NCBI RefSeq assembly: GCF_003018235.1
Contig: NZ_CP027437.1
Reading direction: 5' to 3' (one strand)
Length of the DNA: 64,000 nucleotides
From: Escherichia coli
GTDB lineage: Bacteria; Pseudomonadota; Gammaproteobacteria; Enterobacterales; Enterobacteriaceae
Shown: positions 35,501 to 46,475 of the stretch, piece after piece
Numbering within the stretch: position 1 is the stretch's first letter
How the letters are laid out: every line of letters starts with the position of its first letter
Program-made: the position numbers and the translations under genes
The notes under the pieces: model-generated
What the model saw: only the letters and a program-made list of their open reading frames with translations
Told to the model about the DNA's origin: nothing
Database searches by the model: none

Positions 35501-37188
35501 TCATAATGCAGACGGATGCACGGACGCTGCTGTTCACCGCTGATTTGCGTGATGCGCCCCAGCTCGTCGTAGTACAGATTCAGACAGTTGCTGTTGCGGT
35601 CGCCCAGCATTTTCAGCCGCTGGTGCTGCGGGTGATGCGGGTCGGCTTCAAACAGAAAAAACTGCCCGTCATCGCTGCTGATAAGCCAGTGCCCCTGCTC
35701 ACCCCGCCGTACTGCCAGTCCTTCGCCGGGGCTGTAAAACCCGCTCCCCGGCAGCACAGCCTCCATATCCAGGCGTCGTCCCATGCCCGACACAAAGGTC
35801 ATACAGTTTTCGTCAGCAGTACCCGGCGTGCGCACGAGGCTGACTTCATACATCACGCTCCAGCCCTGCCCGAACATCCCTTCCGTGCGGTCGTCACGAC
35901 TGCTGTACACGCGCTGCCAGTCCAGCGGAAAGTGGCCCGGCAGACTGAAGTCAAAATCATCGTCATCGGCCAGATATTTGGCTCCGGTGGCGGCATTGAC
36001 CGGATGCGGAAGGGCACTGATGGCCTTCTGCGTCATCACCCCCATCCCGACACTGGCAGCAAAACAGGCGATTTTAGAAAGCATTTTGCCCGGGCGAAGA
36101 AACATCAGCGCCACGGTTGCCACCAGGGTTATCTGCGACCTGCCGCTTCTGATATCCCTGACCACCAGTAACGGACCGCCAATGCGGACATCCGGTGACA
36201 CAAACGCCCCGTTCCCCGGCTCATTCACCACCCTGGCCTCGCAGGTGCAGCGTGCCCCGCTGCGTGCCGCCGGCTGGCTGTTGATACGCACATCCCGCGC
36301 GCCTTCCGCGATATATTCCGCTGCGGGCGGTTCATCATCGCCTTTGAACAGATTACTGATGCTGCCAATAACCGCATTCACTCCCTGAAAGGCGGTTTCC
36401 AGCATACCGCCCGGACTCAGCAGGTTAAGGGCCGTTCCCAGGGGGTCATCCAGAAAGGCGGCTTTTTTTTGTGCGAGAAACTGCGTCAGTGAGGAGGGAT
36501 GTTTATGGCAGTCGATTTTATCGTCAGGGGTCGGGGTGGAGCCCGGGGCCGCACTGGCCACGGTGGGCTGCCATAGTTCCGACACAAAATGTGTCACGCC
36601 ATCCACCATTTCAGAACGCCCTTCTTCCGTACTGAGCTGGTCATGCAGCGCCCGGGACATCAGCACAGGCCCTGTCACCGGGTTAACCGCCAGGGCTATG
36701 GCCCCCGCCATTTCCAGATATTCCCCGGCCACATCCAGGAACGTTCTGGCGTCCTCCTGACGCTGCGCTTCTTCCTGTTCCGCCTTCGCCTGCGCCTCCT
36801 GCGCCTCAATGTCCTGCCGCGATGCCGCAGTCGCCGCGGCCCGCGCGGCAGGTTTGCTGTTGATCCATGTGTCGCCAGAGCCGGTGAGGATGTAACCTTC
36901 AATCTGAGGCGGGAAAAGCATATTTGCGAGGTCTGAACAGACTTCGCTGACCTTTTCTGTCACGCCGGTGTACACCATCGCCACACCCGCCACAAAACCG
37001 GTCAGCACGACGGCCGTGCACCCCATAGTGATCCCCGCTGACGTCGCCAGTAACGAGGTTGTGCCGACAATGAGGGCATCAATAACGACATTTGCGGCCA
37101 CCTCCAGCACCGCCCCCAGCACATCTGCCATAAACGACGTATGCAGCAGGGCATCACCCTGCCTTGCCGCCCAGAATGCCTCTTCCAT
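32509..37188 (-). CDS. Rhs-family polymorphic toxin with N-terminal prePAAR motif, transmembrane segments, PAAR-like motifs, YD-repeat core and variable C-terminal toxin domain (putative T6SS-delivered effector)
   Basis: 1559-aa ORF. N-terminus [16 protein letters not shown] matches AARxxDxxxH; hydrophobic stretches follow; PAAR-like motifs (…WINSKPAAR…, …[11 protein letters not shown]…); many YD repeats; core ends [27 protein letters not shown], then a ~120-aa tip. Core is very GC-rich, tip AT-rich. Confidence 0.85.
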   Translation of the reverse strand: [1559 protein letters not shown]

Positions 37189-37206
37189 GTCCCGTTCCCT
37201 GTGTGA

Positions 37207-37436
37207 TTAATTCGTCCCGGCTTCCTGCCGCATCCTGAAGCGCAGATTCTTTTTAATTTCAGCCCAGCGCGTCATATCTGCCGGGGTCAGCGGTGTGGTT
37301 CTGGCGTAGGTGAAGGCCATCATGACCCGCTCACCCGGCAATACAAATGCCACCTGACACTGGTACACCTGCTCGTTACCCCGGAGAAACTGGCTCTGTA
37401 TTTGCAAACCGCCTCATTGAGATAATATTCCGTCAT
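37207..37436 (-). pseudogene. Possible remnant of an Eag/DUF1795-like chaperone gene immediately upstream of rhs
   Basis: ATG at 37436 with an AGGA RBS gives MTEYYLNEAV… then terminates; the +1 frame continues as …QIQSQFLRGNEQVYQCQVAFVLPGERVMMAFTYARTTPLTPADMTRWAEIKKNLRFRMRQ, ending 19 nt before the rhs start. Family assignment is from memory and weak. Confidence 0.35.
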
Positions 37437-38190
37437 AATAGAAGTCGTCCTTTTTAATAAATGAATTATTTATTGACAGGTTCTGTTTTTTAATCATGAA
37501 TGTAATGTCTATCACCGCTTTACAGCACTCTTTATCTTTCAAGCGGTAATCACTAATAACATTAAGCAATTACCCATATTTACAATGACCGGAACTGATA
37601 TGCCGTTATGTATTTAACAATCCCAACATATTCACCATACCAATAAAATCACGAGTAACAAACACGCTACCGCCTCCATATAAAAAATGGACAGCTTATA
37701 AAATTGCATCTTGCATAGAAAGGGCTGAGATATCGAGTGTATTTTAATTATCAACTATAAATCTTGAATATTTTCATTAACAGAAACACATCTTATCCCA
37801 TTAGATATGTTAACAATCAATTATTCTTAACATATCACTAAAGTATATATTACTCTCTTTACTATCTGTTTTTATTGCGGTAGCGATATTAATAGCAAAA
37901 TTCGGAATTTATTTAGATGCTGGAATAAGAAAAAATGATGACGGCTTTCTTACCTTACCCTGAAGTTTCAGGAAAGTGTGTAAGGAAGGATGCAACCTAA
38001 CTGGAGATTTCTGAGGATCTAGTTGCTTAGAGCGACAATGAAGGTGAACGCATCCAGAGTAGTCCTATGAAAGGATACTATTGAAAATTGATGCTAAAAC
38101 AGTGATTAAATGAACAACACCATGGAACCCGTTGATTCAAAACGCCTAAACCAGCCCCCTGATACGAGGCTGGCTTAAACGCGCAGGCAA

Positions 38191-38397
38191 TCAGTAAAAA
38201 TCACCAGTTGCCTTTTCTGCCTGATCCATCCACACCGGTTTCTCGCTGGTTTTCGACCAGACGCGGTGCAGGTAGCTGTAAAAGCGGGCGCGGTCTTTCC
38301 AGAAAAGCATGAAAGGCAGCGCCAGAACGCCCGCTGCAACCGCATAAGTACGGCGTAAAAAGATAAGCCATGCAGGATATTCTCTGTAGAGTTCCAT
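38191..38397 (-). CDS. ybfA: DUF2517-family small protein
   Basis: 68-aa ORF ([40 protein letters not shown]…). Confidence 0.9.
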   Translation of the reverse strand: MELYREYPAWLIFLRRTYAVAAGVLALPFMLFWKDRARFYSYLHRVWSKTSEKPVWMDQAEKATGDFY

Positions 38398-38604
38398 ACT
38401 TTTCTCCCCCTTTTGTATCTACCCGGTGAATGGCACCGGAAAAATGAATTTGTTTATCTGATGAAAATAGTACCGCCTTTTGTGTAATTTTACTACTCAT
38501 CCGACCACTTATTTTTGCTTATTGATGGTTTATTTACATTCATACCGTAATTAAGTTACACAAAGGTTAAATTAATACTAAACATTAGTTAAATCATGGC
38601 TTTT

Positions 38605-38709
38605 GCCATTTTTATACTTTTTTTACACCCCGCCCGCAGATTTTTGCGAAATCTTTGCAGCCAGAATTCTACCCTTCCGGTATCACTTTTAGGCCACTGG
38701 AGGTGCACT
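38605..38709 (+). promoter_or_regulatory. kdpFABC promoter region with a KdpE-binding T-rich repeat
   Basis: TTTTTATACTTTTTTTACA at ~38609-38629, immediately upstream of kdpF; resembles the KdpE operator as I recall it. Confidence 0.55.
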
Positions 38710-38799
38710 GTGAGTGCAGGCGTGATAGCCGGCGTGTTGCTGGTGTTTTTATTACTGGGTTATCTGGTTTATGCCCTGATCAATGCGGAGGCGTTCTGA
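38710..38799 (+). CDS. kdpF: K+-transporting ATPase small subunit F
   Basis: 29-codon ORF starting at [32 protein letters not shown]. Its stop overlaps the kdpA ATG. Confidence 0.85.
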   Translation: MSAGVIAGVLLVFLLLGYLVYALINAEAF

Positions 38800-40472
38800 T
38801 GGCTGCGCAAGGGTTCTTACTGATCGCCACGTTTTTACTGGTGTTAATGGTGCTGGCACGTCCTTTAGGCAGCGGGCTGGCGCGGCTGATTAACGACATA
38901 CCTCTTCCCGGTACAGCGGGCGTTGAACGTATACTCTTTCGTTTACCTGGCGTCTCTGACAGTGAGATGAACTGGAAGCAGTATCTCTGTGCCATTCTCG
39001 GCCTGAACATGCTGGGGCTGGCGGTGCTGTTTTTTATGTTGCTCGGTCAGCACTATCTGCCGCTTAATCCACAGCAGTTGCCAGGGCTGTCGTGGGATCT
39101 GGCGCTGAATACCGCCGTCAGCTTTGTCACCAATACCAACTGGCAATCTTATAGCGGTGAAACCACGTTGAGCTATTTCAGCCAGATGGCGGGCTTAACG
39201 GTACAAAACTTTCTTTCTGCCGCCAGCGGGATTGCGGTGATTTTTGCCCTCATTCGTGCGTTTACCCGCCAGAGCATGAGCACACTCGGGAATGCCTGGG
39301 TCGATCTGTTACGTATCACGTTATGGGTGCTAGTCCCTGTGGCGTTGTTGATCGCACTGTTTTTTATTCAACAAGGTGCACTGCAAAACTTTCTGCCCTA
39401 TCAGGCGGTGAATACCGTTGAAGGAGCGAAACAGCTGTTACCCATGGGTCCGGTGGCTTCTCAGGAAGCGATAAAGATGCTCGGCACTAACGGCGGTGGC
39501 TTCTTTAATGCCAACTCGTCGCATCCGTTTGAAAACCCAACCGCACTGACCAACTTCGTGCAGATGCTGACGATCTTCTTGATCCCAACGGCACTGTGCT
39601 TTGCCTTTGGCGAAGTGGCGGGCGATCGCCGTCAGGGGCGCATGTTGCTGTGGGCGATGTCAGTGATTTTTGTCATCTGCGTAGGCGTGGTGATGTGGGC
39701 AGAAGTTCAGGGTAATCCTCATCTGCTGGCGCTGGGTGCGGACAGCAGCATCAATATGGAAGGTAAAGAGAGCCGTTTCGGCGTGCTGGTCAGTAGCCTG
39801 TTTGCGGTCGTGACTACGGCGGCTTCCTGTGGCGCGGTGATTGCGATGCATGATTCGTTTACCGCTCTCGGTGGCATGGTGCCGATGTGGCTGATGCAAA
39901 TTGGTGAAGTGGTATTCGGCGGTGTCGGTTCTGGTCTTTACGGCATGATGCTGTTTGTTCTGCTGGCGGTGTTTATTGCCGGGCTGATGATTGGTCGTAC
40001 ACCGGAATATCTGGGTAAAAAAATCGACGTACGTGAGATGAAACTGACCGCGCTGGCGATTCTGGTCACCCCGACGCTGGTGCTGATGGGCGCGGCGCTG
40101 GCAATGATGACCGACGCCGGACGTAGCGCCATGCTCAACCCTGGCCCGCATGGTTTTAGCGAAGTGCTGTACGCCGTGTCATCCGCCGCTAACAACAACG
40201 GCAGCGCCTTTGCCGGATTAAGCGCCAACTCTCCGTTCTGGAACTGTTTACTGGCGTTCTGCATGTTTGTCGGTCGCTTCGGGGTGATTATCCCGGTGAT
40301 GGCAATTGCCGGTTCGCTGGTGAGTAAAAAGAGCCAACCCGCCAGCTCCGGCACATTGCCAACGCACGGCCCGCTGTTTGTTGGCCTGTTAATCGGCACC
40401 GTGTTGCTGGTTGGCGCACTGACCTTTATCCCTGCCCTGGCGCTTGGTCCGGTGGCGGAATATCTCTCCTGA
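38799..40472 (+). CDS. kdpA: K+-transporting ATPase subunit A
   Basis: 557 aa from [30 protein letters not shown]. The ORF track extends upstream, but the start is set by the kdpF overlap. Confidence 0.95.
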   Translation: MAAQGFLLIATFLLVLMVLARPLGSGLARLINDIPLPGTAGVERILFRLPGVSDSEMNWKQYLCAILGLNMLGLAVLFFMLLGQHYLPLNPQQLPGLSWDLALNTAVSFVTNTNWQSYSGETTLSYFSQMAGLTVQNFLSAASGIAVIFALIRAFTRQSMSTLGNAWVDLLRITLWVLVPVALLIALFFIQQGALQNFLPYQAVNTVEGAKQLLPMGPVASQEAIKMLGTNGGGFFNANSSHPFENPTALTNFVQMLTIFLIPTALCFAFGEVAGDRRQGRMLLWAMSVIFVICVGVVMWAEVQGNPHLLALGADSSINMEGKESRFGVLVSSLFAVVTTAASCGAVIAMHDSFTALGGMVPMWLMQIGEVVFGGVGSGLYGMMLFVLLAVFIAGLMIGRTPEYLGKKIDVREMKLTALAILVTPTLVLMGAALAMMTDAGRSAMLNPGPHGFSEVLYAVSSAANNNGSAFAGLSANSPFWNCLLAFCMFVGRFGVIIPVMAIAGSLVSKKSQPASSGTLPTHGPLFVGLLIGTVLLVGALTFIPALALGPVAEYLS

Positions 40473-40494
40473 TGATATTGAGTGAGCACTGAAT

Positions 40495-42543
40495 ATGAGT
40501 CGTAAACAACTGGCGCTATTCGAACCAACACTTGTCCTTCAGGCGCTGAAAGAAGCGGTGAAAAAATTAAACCCGCAGGCGCAATGGCGCAATCCGGTGA
40601 TGTTTATCGTCTGGATCGGCAGTCTGCTGACCACCTGTATTAGCATCGCGATGGCAAGCGGTGTGATGCCTGGCAATGCGCTGTTTAGCGCGGTAATTAG
40701 CGGCTGGCTGTGGGTCACCGTACTGTTCGCTAATTTCGCCGAGGCGTTGGCAGAAGGCCGCAGTAAAGCGCAGGCCAACAGTCTGAAAGGGGTGAAAAAA
40801 ACTGCCTTTGCCCGCAAGCTGCGTGAGCCGAAATATGGCGCTGCGGCGGACAAAGTTCCCGCCGATCAACTGCGTAAAGGCGATATCGTACTGGTGGAAG
40901 CTGGCGATATTATCCCCTGCGATGGTGAAGTCATTGAAGGGGGCGCATCGGTCGATGAAAGCGCCATCACCGGGGAATCGGCACCGGTGATCCGTGAATC
41001 CGGCGGCGATTTTGCCTCCGTCACTGGCGGCACGCGTATTCTTTCTGACTGGCTGGTGATTGAGTGCAGCGTTAACCCCGGCGAGACATTTCTGGATCGG
41101 ATGATCGCGATGGTGGAAGGCGCGCAGCGACGCAAAACGCCGAACGAGATTGCCCTGACCATCCTGCTGATTGCCCTGACTATCGTCTTTTTACTGGCAA
41201 CCGCCACGCTGTGGCCGTTTTCCGCGTGGGGCGGTAATGCAGTCAGCGTAACGGTACTGGTGGCGCTGCTGGTCTGTCTGATCCCAACGACCATTGGCGG
41301 TCTGTTGTCAGCGATCGGCGTCGCCGGGATGAGTCGGATGCTGGGCGCGAATGTGATTGCCACCAGCGGACGTGCAGTTGAAGCGGCGGGTGACGTTGAC
41401 GTCCTGCTGCTGGATAAAACCGGCACCATCACACTCGGTAACCGTCAGGCGTCGGAGTTTATCCCCGCGCAGGGCGTGGATGAAAAAATGCTGGCTGACG
41501 CCGCACAACTGGCTTCGCTGGCTGATGAAACGCCGGAAGGCCGCAGTATTGTGATCCTCGCCAAGCAGCGTTTTAACCTGCGCGAGCGCGATGTGCAGTC
41601 GCTCCATGCCACCTTTGTACCGTTTACTGCGCAAAGCCGGATGAGCGGGATCAACATCGACAACCGCATGATCCGTAAAGGTTCTGTCGATGCCATTCGC
41701 CGCCATGTTGAGGCTAATGGTGGTCACTTCCCAGCCGATGTTGATCAAAAAGTCGATCAGGTTGCGCGTCAGGGGGCCACGCCGCTGGTGGTGGTGGAAG
41801 GTTCCCGTGTGCTGGGCGTTATTGCGCTGAAAGATATCGTCAAAGGCGGTATTAAAGAGCGCTTCGCCCAGCTGCGCAAAATGGGCATTAAAACGGTGAT
41901 GATTACCGGCGATAACCGTCTGACTGCCGCCGCCATTGCTGCGGAAGCGGGCGTCGATGATTTTCTCGCCGAAGCGACACCGGAGGCCAAGCTGGCATTG
42001 ATTCGTCAGTATCAGGCGGAAGGCCGTTTGGTGGCGATGACCGGCGACGGCACCAATGATGCTCCGGCGCTGGCGCAGGCAGATGTCGCGGTAGCGATGA
42101 ACTCCGGTACTCAGGCGGCGAAAGAAGCGGGCAATATGGTGGATCTCGACTCTAACCCGACCAAGTTGATCGAGGTGGTGCACATTGGCAAACAGATGCT
42201 GATGACCCGTGGCTCGCTGACCACCTTCAGCATTGCCAACGATGTGGCGAAATACTTCGCCATTATTCCGGCGGCGTTCGCGGCAACATATCCACAGTTA
42301 AATGCGCTGAACATCATGCGCCTGCATTCGCCCGACTCCGCAATCCTCAGTGCGGTCATTTTCAACGCCTTGATTATCGTCTTTTTGATTCCCCTGGCGT
42401 TAAAAGGCGTGAGTTATAAACCGCTTACCGCTTCTGCCATGTTGCGCCGTAACTTATGGATTTACGGTCTGGGTGGGCTGCTGGTGCCGTTTATTGGTAT
42501 CAAAGTCATTGATTTACTGCTGACCGTTTGCGGTCTGGTGTGA
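40495..42543 (+). CDS. kdpB: K+-transporting P-type ATPase subunit B
   Basis: 682-aa ORF with P-type ATPase motifs ([21 protein letters not shown]). Confidence 0.97.
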
Positions 42544-42551
42544 GGTTTACC

Positions 42552-43124
42552 ATGCGTGGATTACGTCCGGCATTATCGACATTTATCTTTCTGTTATTGA
42601 TTACTGGCGGCGTTTACCCGCTGCTAACCACCGCGCTGGGGCAATGGTGGTTTCCCTGGCAGGCCAACGGTTCGTTGATCCGTGAAGGTGATACGGTGCG
42701 CGGTTCGGCATTAATCGGGCAGAATTTTACCGGCAACGGCTATTTTCATGGTCGCCCGTCGGCAACGGCAGAAATGCCCTATAATCCACAGGCTTCTGGC
42801 GGGAGCAATCTGGCGGTCAGTAACCCTGAGCTGGATAAACTAATAGCCGCACGCGTTGCTGCATTACGGGCCGCTAACCCTGATGCCAGCGCGAACGTTC
42901 CGGTTGAACTGGTGACGGCATCGGCAAGCGGGCTGGACAATAACATCACCCCGCAAGCGGCAGCCTGGCAGATCCCACGCGTGGCGAAAGCGCGTAATCT
43001 CAGCGTTGAACAGCTCACGCAACTGATCGCAAAATACAGCCAACAACCGCTGGTGAAATATATCGGCCAGCCGGTCGTCAACATTGTCGAACTCAATCTG
43101 GCGCTGGATAAGCTTGATGAATAA
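42552..43124 (+). CDS. kdpC: K+-transporting ATPase subunit C
   Basis: Start at the ATG giving [25 protein letters not shown] (190 aa). Confidence 0.93.
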
Positions 43125-45801
43125 CGAACCCTTACGTCCCGACCCCGATCGTCTGCTGGAACAAACTGCCGCGCCGCATCGGGGGAAGCTGAAAGTTTTC
43201 TTCGGTGCCTGCGCAGGCGTCGGGAAGACCTGGGCGATGCTGGCAGAAGCCCAGCGACTGCGGGCGCAAGGGCTGGATATTGTGGTTGGCGTGGTAGAAA
43301 CCCACGGGCGGAAAGATACCGCCGCAATGCTGGAAGGGCTGGCTGTTCTGCCGTTAAAACGCCAGGCGTACCGTGGGCGGCACATCAGCGAGTTTGATCT
43401 CGATGCCGCCCTCGCCCGCCGTCCGGCACTGATCTTAATGGACGAACTGGCGCACAGTAATGCGCCAGGTTCTCGTCATCCTAAACGCTGGCAGGACATC
43501 GAAGAGCTGCTGGAAGCTGGCATTGATGTTTTCACAACCGTCAACGTTCAGCATCTGGAAAGTCTGAATGATGTGGTCAGCGGCGTCACCGGAATTCAGG
43601 TACGGGAAACCGTGCCCGATCCTTTTTTCGATGCCGCCGACGACGTGGTGCTGGTGGACTTGCCCCCGGACGATCTGCGTCAACGGCTGAAAGAAGGTAA
43701 AGTCTATATTGCCGGGCAGGCGGAACGCGCCATTGAACATTTTTTTCGCAAAGGCAATCTGATCGCCCTGCGCGAACTGGCACTGCGCCGTACTGCCGAT
43801 CGCGTAGATGAGCAAATGCGCGCCTGGCGGGGGCATCCTGGCGAAGAGAAAGTCTGGCACACGCGCGACGCGATCCTTTTATGCATCGGGCATAACACCG
43901 GCAGCGAAAAACTGGTCCGCGCGGCGGCGCGGCTGGCGTCACGGCTGGGTAGCGTCTGGCACGCGGTGTATGTTGAAACCCCTGCCCTGCATCGCTTACC
44001 GGAGAAAAAACGTCGGGCAATTCTCAGCGCCTTACGTCTGGCGCAGGAGCTGGGCGCAGAGACGGCAACACTTTCTGATCCAGCGGAAGAGAAAGCGGTA
44101 GTGCGTTATGCCCGTGAACATAATCTTGGCAAGATTATTCTCGGTCGCCCGGCCTCGCGCCGCTGGTGGCGTCGGGAAACGTTTGCTGACCGACTGGCGC
44201 GCATCGCCCCCGATCTCGATCAGGTGCTGGTCGCGCTTGATGAACCACCCGCCCGCACGATAAACAACGCGCCGGATAGCCGCTCTTTTAAAGACAAGTG
44301 GCGGGTACAGATTCAGGGATGCGTGGTTGCCGCCGCGTTATGCGCCGTTATCACCTTAATTGCCATGCAGTGGCTGATGGCGTTTGATGCCGCCAACCTG
44401 GTGATGCTGTATCTACTTGGCGTGGTGGTGGTGGCGCTATTTTATGGGCGCTGGCCTTCGGTGGTTGCTACCGTCATTAATGTGGTGAGTTTCGATCTCT
44501 TTTTTATCGCCCCACGCGGCACGCTCGCCGTCTCTGATGTGCAATATCTGCTGACCTTCGCGGTGATGTTAACCGTCGGGCTGGTGATCGGGAACCTTAC
44601 TGCTGGCGTTCGTTATCAGGCGCGGGTAGCCCGTTACCGCGAGCAACGCACACGGCACTTATATGAAATGTCGAAAGCTCTGGCGGTGGGCCGCAGTCCG
44701 CAGGACATCGCCGCCACCAGCGAACAATTTATTGCCTCCACGTTTCATGCCCGCAGTCAGGTGTTGTTGCCCGATGACAACGGTAAATTGCAGCCGTTAA
44801 CACATCCGCAAGGAATGACGCCGTGGGACGATGCCATCGCGCAGTGGAGTTTTGATAAAGGCCTGCCTGCGGGCGCGGGCACCGACACGTTACCCGGTGT
44901 ACCGTACCAGATTTTGCCGCTAAAAAGCGGCGAGAAAACCTACGGGCTGGTGGTGGTGGAACCGGGGAATCTGCGCCAGTTGATGATCCCGGAACAGCAA
45001 CGCCTGCTGGAGACGTTTACGCTGTTAGTCGCCAATGCCCTTGAGCGGCTGACACTGACCGCCAGCGAAGAACAGGCGCGGATGGCAAGCGAACGAGAAC
45101 AGATCCGCAACGCCCTGCTGGCGGCGCTTTCGCATGATTTACGCACGCCGCTTACGGTGCTGTTCGGTCAGGCAGAAATCTTAACGCTCGATCTGGCGAG
45201 CGAAGGATCGCCCCACGCCCGCCAGGCCAGCGAGATTCGTCAGCATGTGCTGAACACGACCCGACTGGTGAATAATCTACTGGATATGGCGCGAATTCAG
45301 TCCGGCGGCTTTAATTTGAAGAAAGAGTGGTTAACGCTGGAAGAAGTGGTCGGCAGCGCGCTGCAAATGCTGGAACCGGGTTTATCGTCGCCCATCAATC
45401 TTTCTCTGCCAGAACCGCTGACCTTAATCCACGTTGACGGGCCACTCTTTGAACGGGTGCTGATTAATCTGCTGGAGAACGCGGTGAAATACGCGGGTGC
45501 GCAGGCCGAAATTGGTATCGATGCCCACGTTGAGGGCGAAAATCTACAACTGGATGTCTGGGATAATGGCCCCGGTCTTCCGCCAGGCCAGGAGCAGACG
45601 ATATTTGATAAGTTTGCTCGCGGGAATAAAGAGTCGGCGGTACCGGGTGTAGGGCTTGGGCTGGCAATTTGTCGGGCGATTGTGGATGTACACGGCGGCA
45701 CCATTACCGCGTTCAACCGACCGGAAGGTGGTGCCTGTTTTCGTGTTACACTTCCCCAGCAAACTGCCCCTGAACTTGAAGAATTTCATGAGGATATGTG
45801 A
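43117..45801 (+). CDS. kdpD: Sensor histidine kinase KdpD
   Basis: Start at the ATG giving [41 protein letters not shown] (894 aa); 8-nt overlap with kdpC. Confidence 0.95.
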
Positions 45802-46475
45802 CAAACGTTCTGATTGTTGAAGATGAACAGGCTATTCGTCGCTTTCTGCGCACGGCGCTGGAGGGCGATAGGATGCGCGTCTTTGAGGCCGAAACGCTGC
45901 AACGCGGCTTGCTGGAAGCGGCTACCCGTAAGCCAGATTTGATTATTCTCGATCTCGGCCTGCCCGATGGTGATGGGATTGAGTTTATCCGCGACCTGCG
46001 CCAGTGGAGCGCAGTGCCGGTGATTGTGCTTTCCGCACGTAGCGAAGAGAGCGACAAAATCGCCGCGCTGGATGCCGGAGCGGATGATTATCTGAGTAAG
46101 CCGTTTGGCATTGGCGAATTGCAGGCCCGTCTGCGCGTCGCATTACGCCGCCACTCTGCCACCACCACGCCCGATCCGCTGGTGAAATTTTCCAATGTTA
46201 CCGTCGATTTAGCGGCTCGAGTGATCCATCGCGGTGAGGAAGAGGTGCATCTCACCCCGATTGAGTTCCGCCTGCTGGCGGTGTTGCTTAATAATGCGGG
46301 AAAAGTGCTCACCCAGCGCCAGCTCCTTAACCAGGTGTGGGGGCCAAACGCGGTCGAACACAGTCATTATTTGCGTATTTATATGGGGCATCTGCGACAA
46401 AAACTGGAACAGGATCCCGCCCGCCCACGCCATTTCATTACTGAAACCGGTATTGGGTATCGGTTTATGCTTTGA
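45798..46475 (+). CDS. kdpE: Response regulator KdpE (OmpR family)
   Basis: 225-aa ORF ([37 protein letters not shown]…). Confidence 0.95.
   Translation: MTNVLIVEDEQAIRRFLRTALEGDRMRVFEAETLQRGLLEAATRKPDLIILDLGLPDGDGIEFIRDLRQWSAVPVIVLSARSEESDKIAALDAGADDYLSKPFGIGELQARLRVALRRHSATTTPDPLVKFSNVTVDLAARVIHRGEEEVHLTPIEFRLLAVLLNNAGKVLTQRQLLNQVWGPNAVEHSHYLRIYMGHLRQKLEQDPARPRHFITETGIGYRFML

Noticed and set aside
33364-36388. Several 200-300-aa plus-strand ORFs (for example 33364-34164, 34180-35058, 35458-36171, 35783-36388)
   Set aside because: All lie antisense to the very GC-rich Rhs core and give Arg/Pro/Ala-rich low-complexity translations; they are not genes.
38655-38798. N-terminal extension of kdpA in the ORF track (605 aa)
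   Set aside because: The extension overlaps kdpF in another frame and the kdpE-box promoter. The ATG at 38799 overlapping the kdpF stop gives the canonical 557-aa KdpA.
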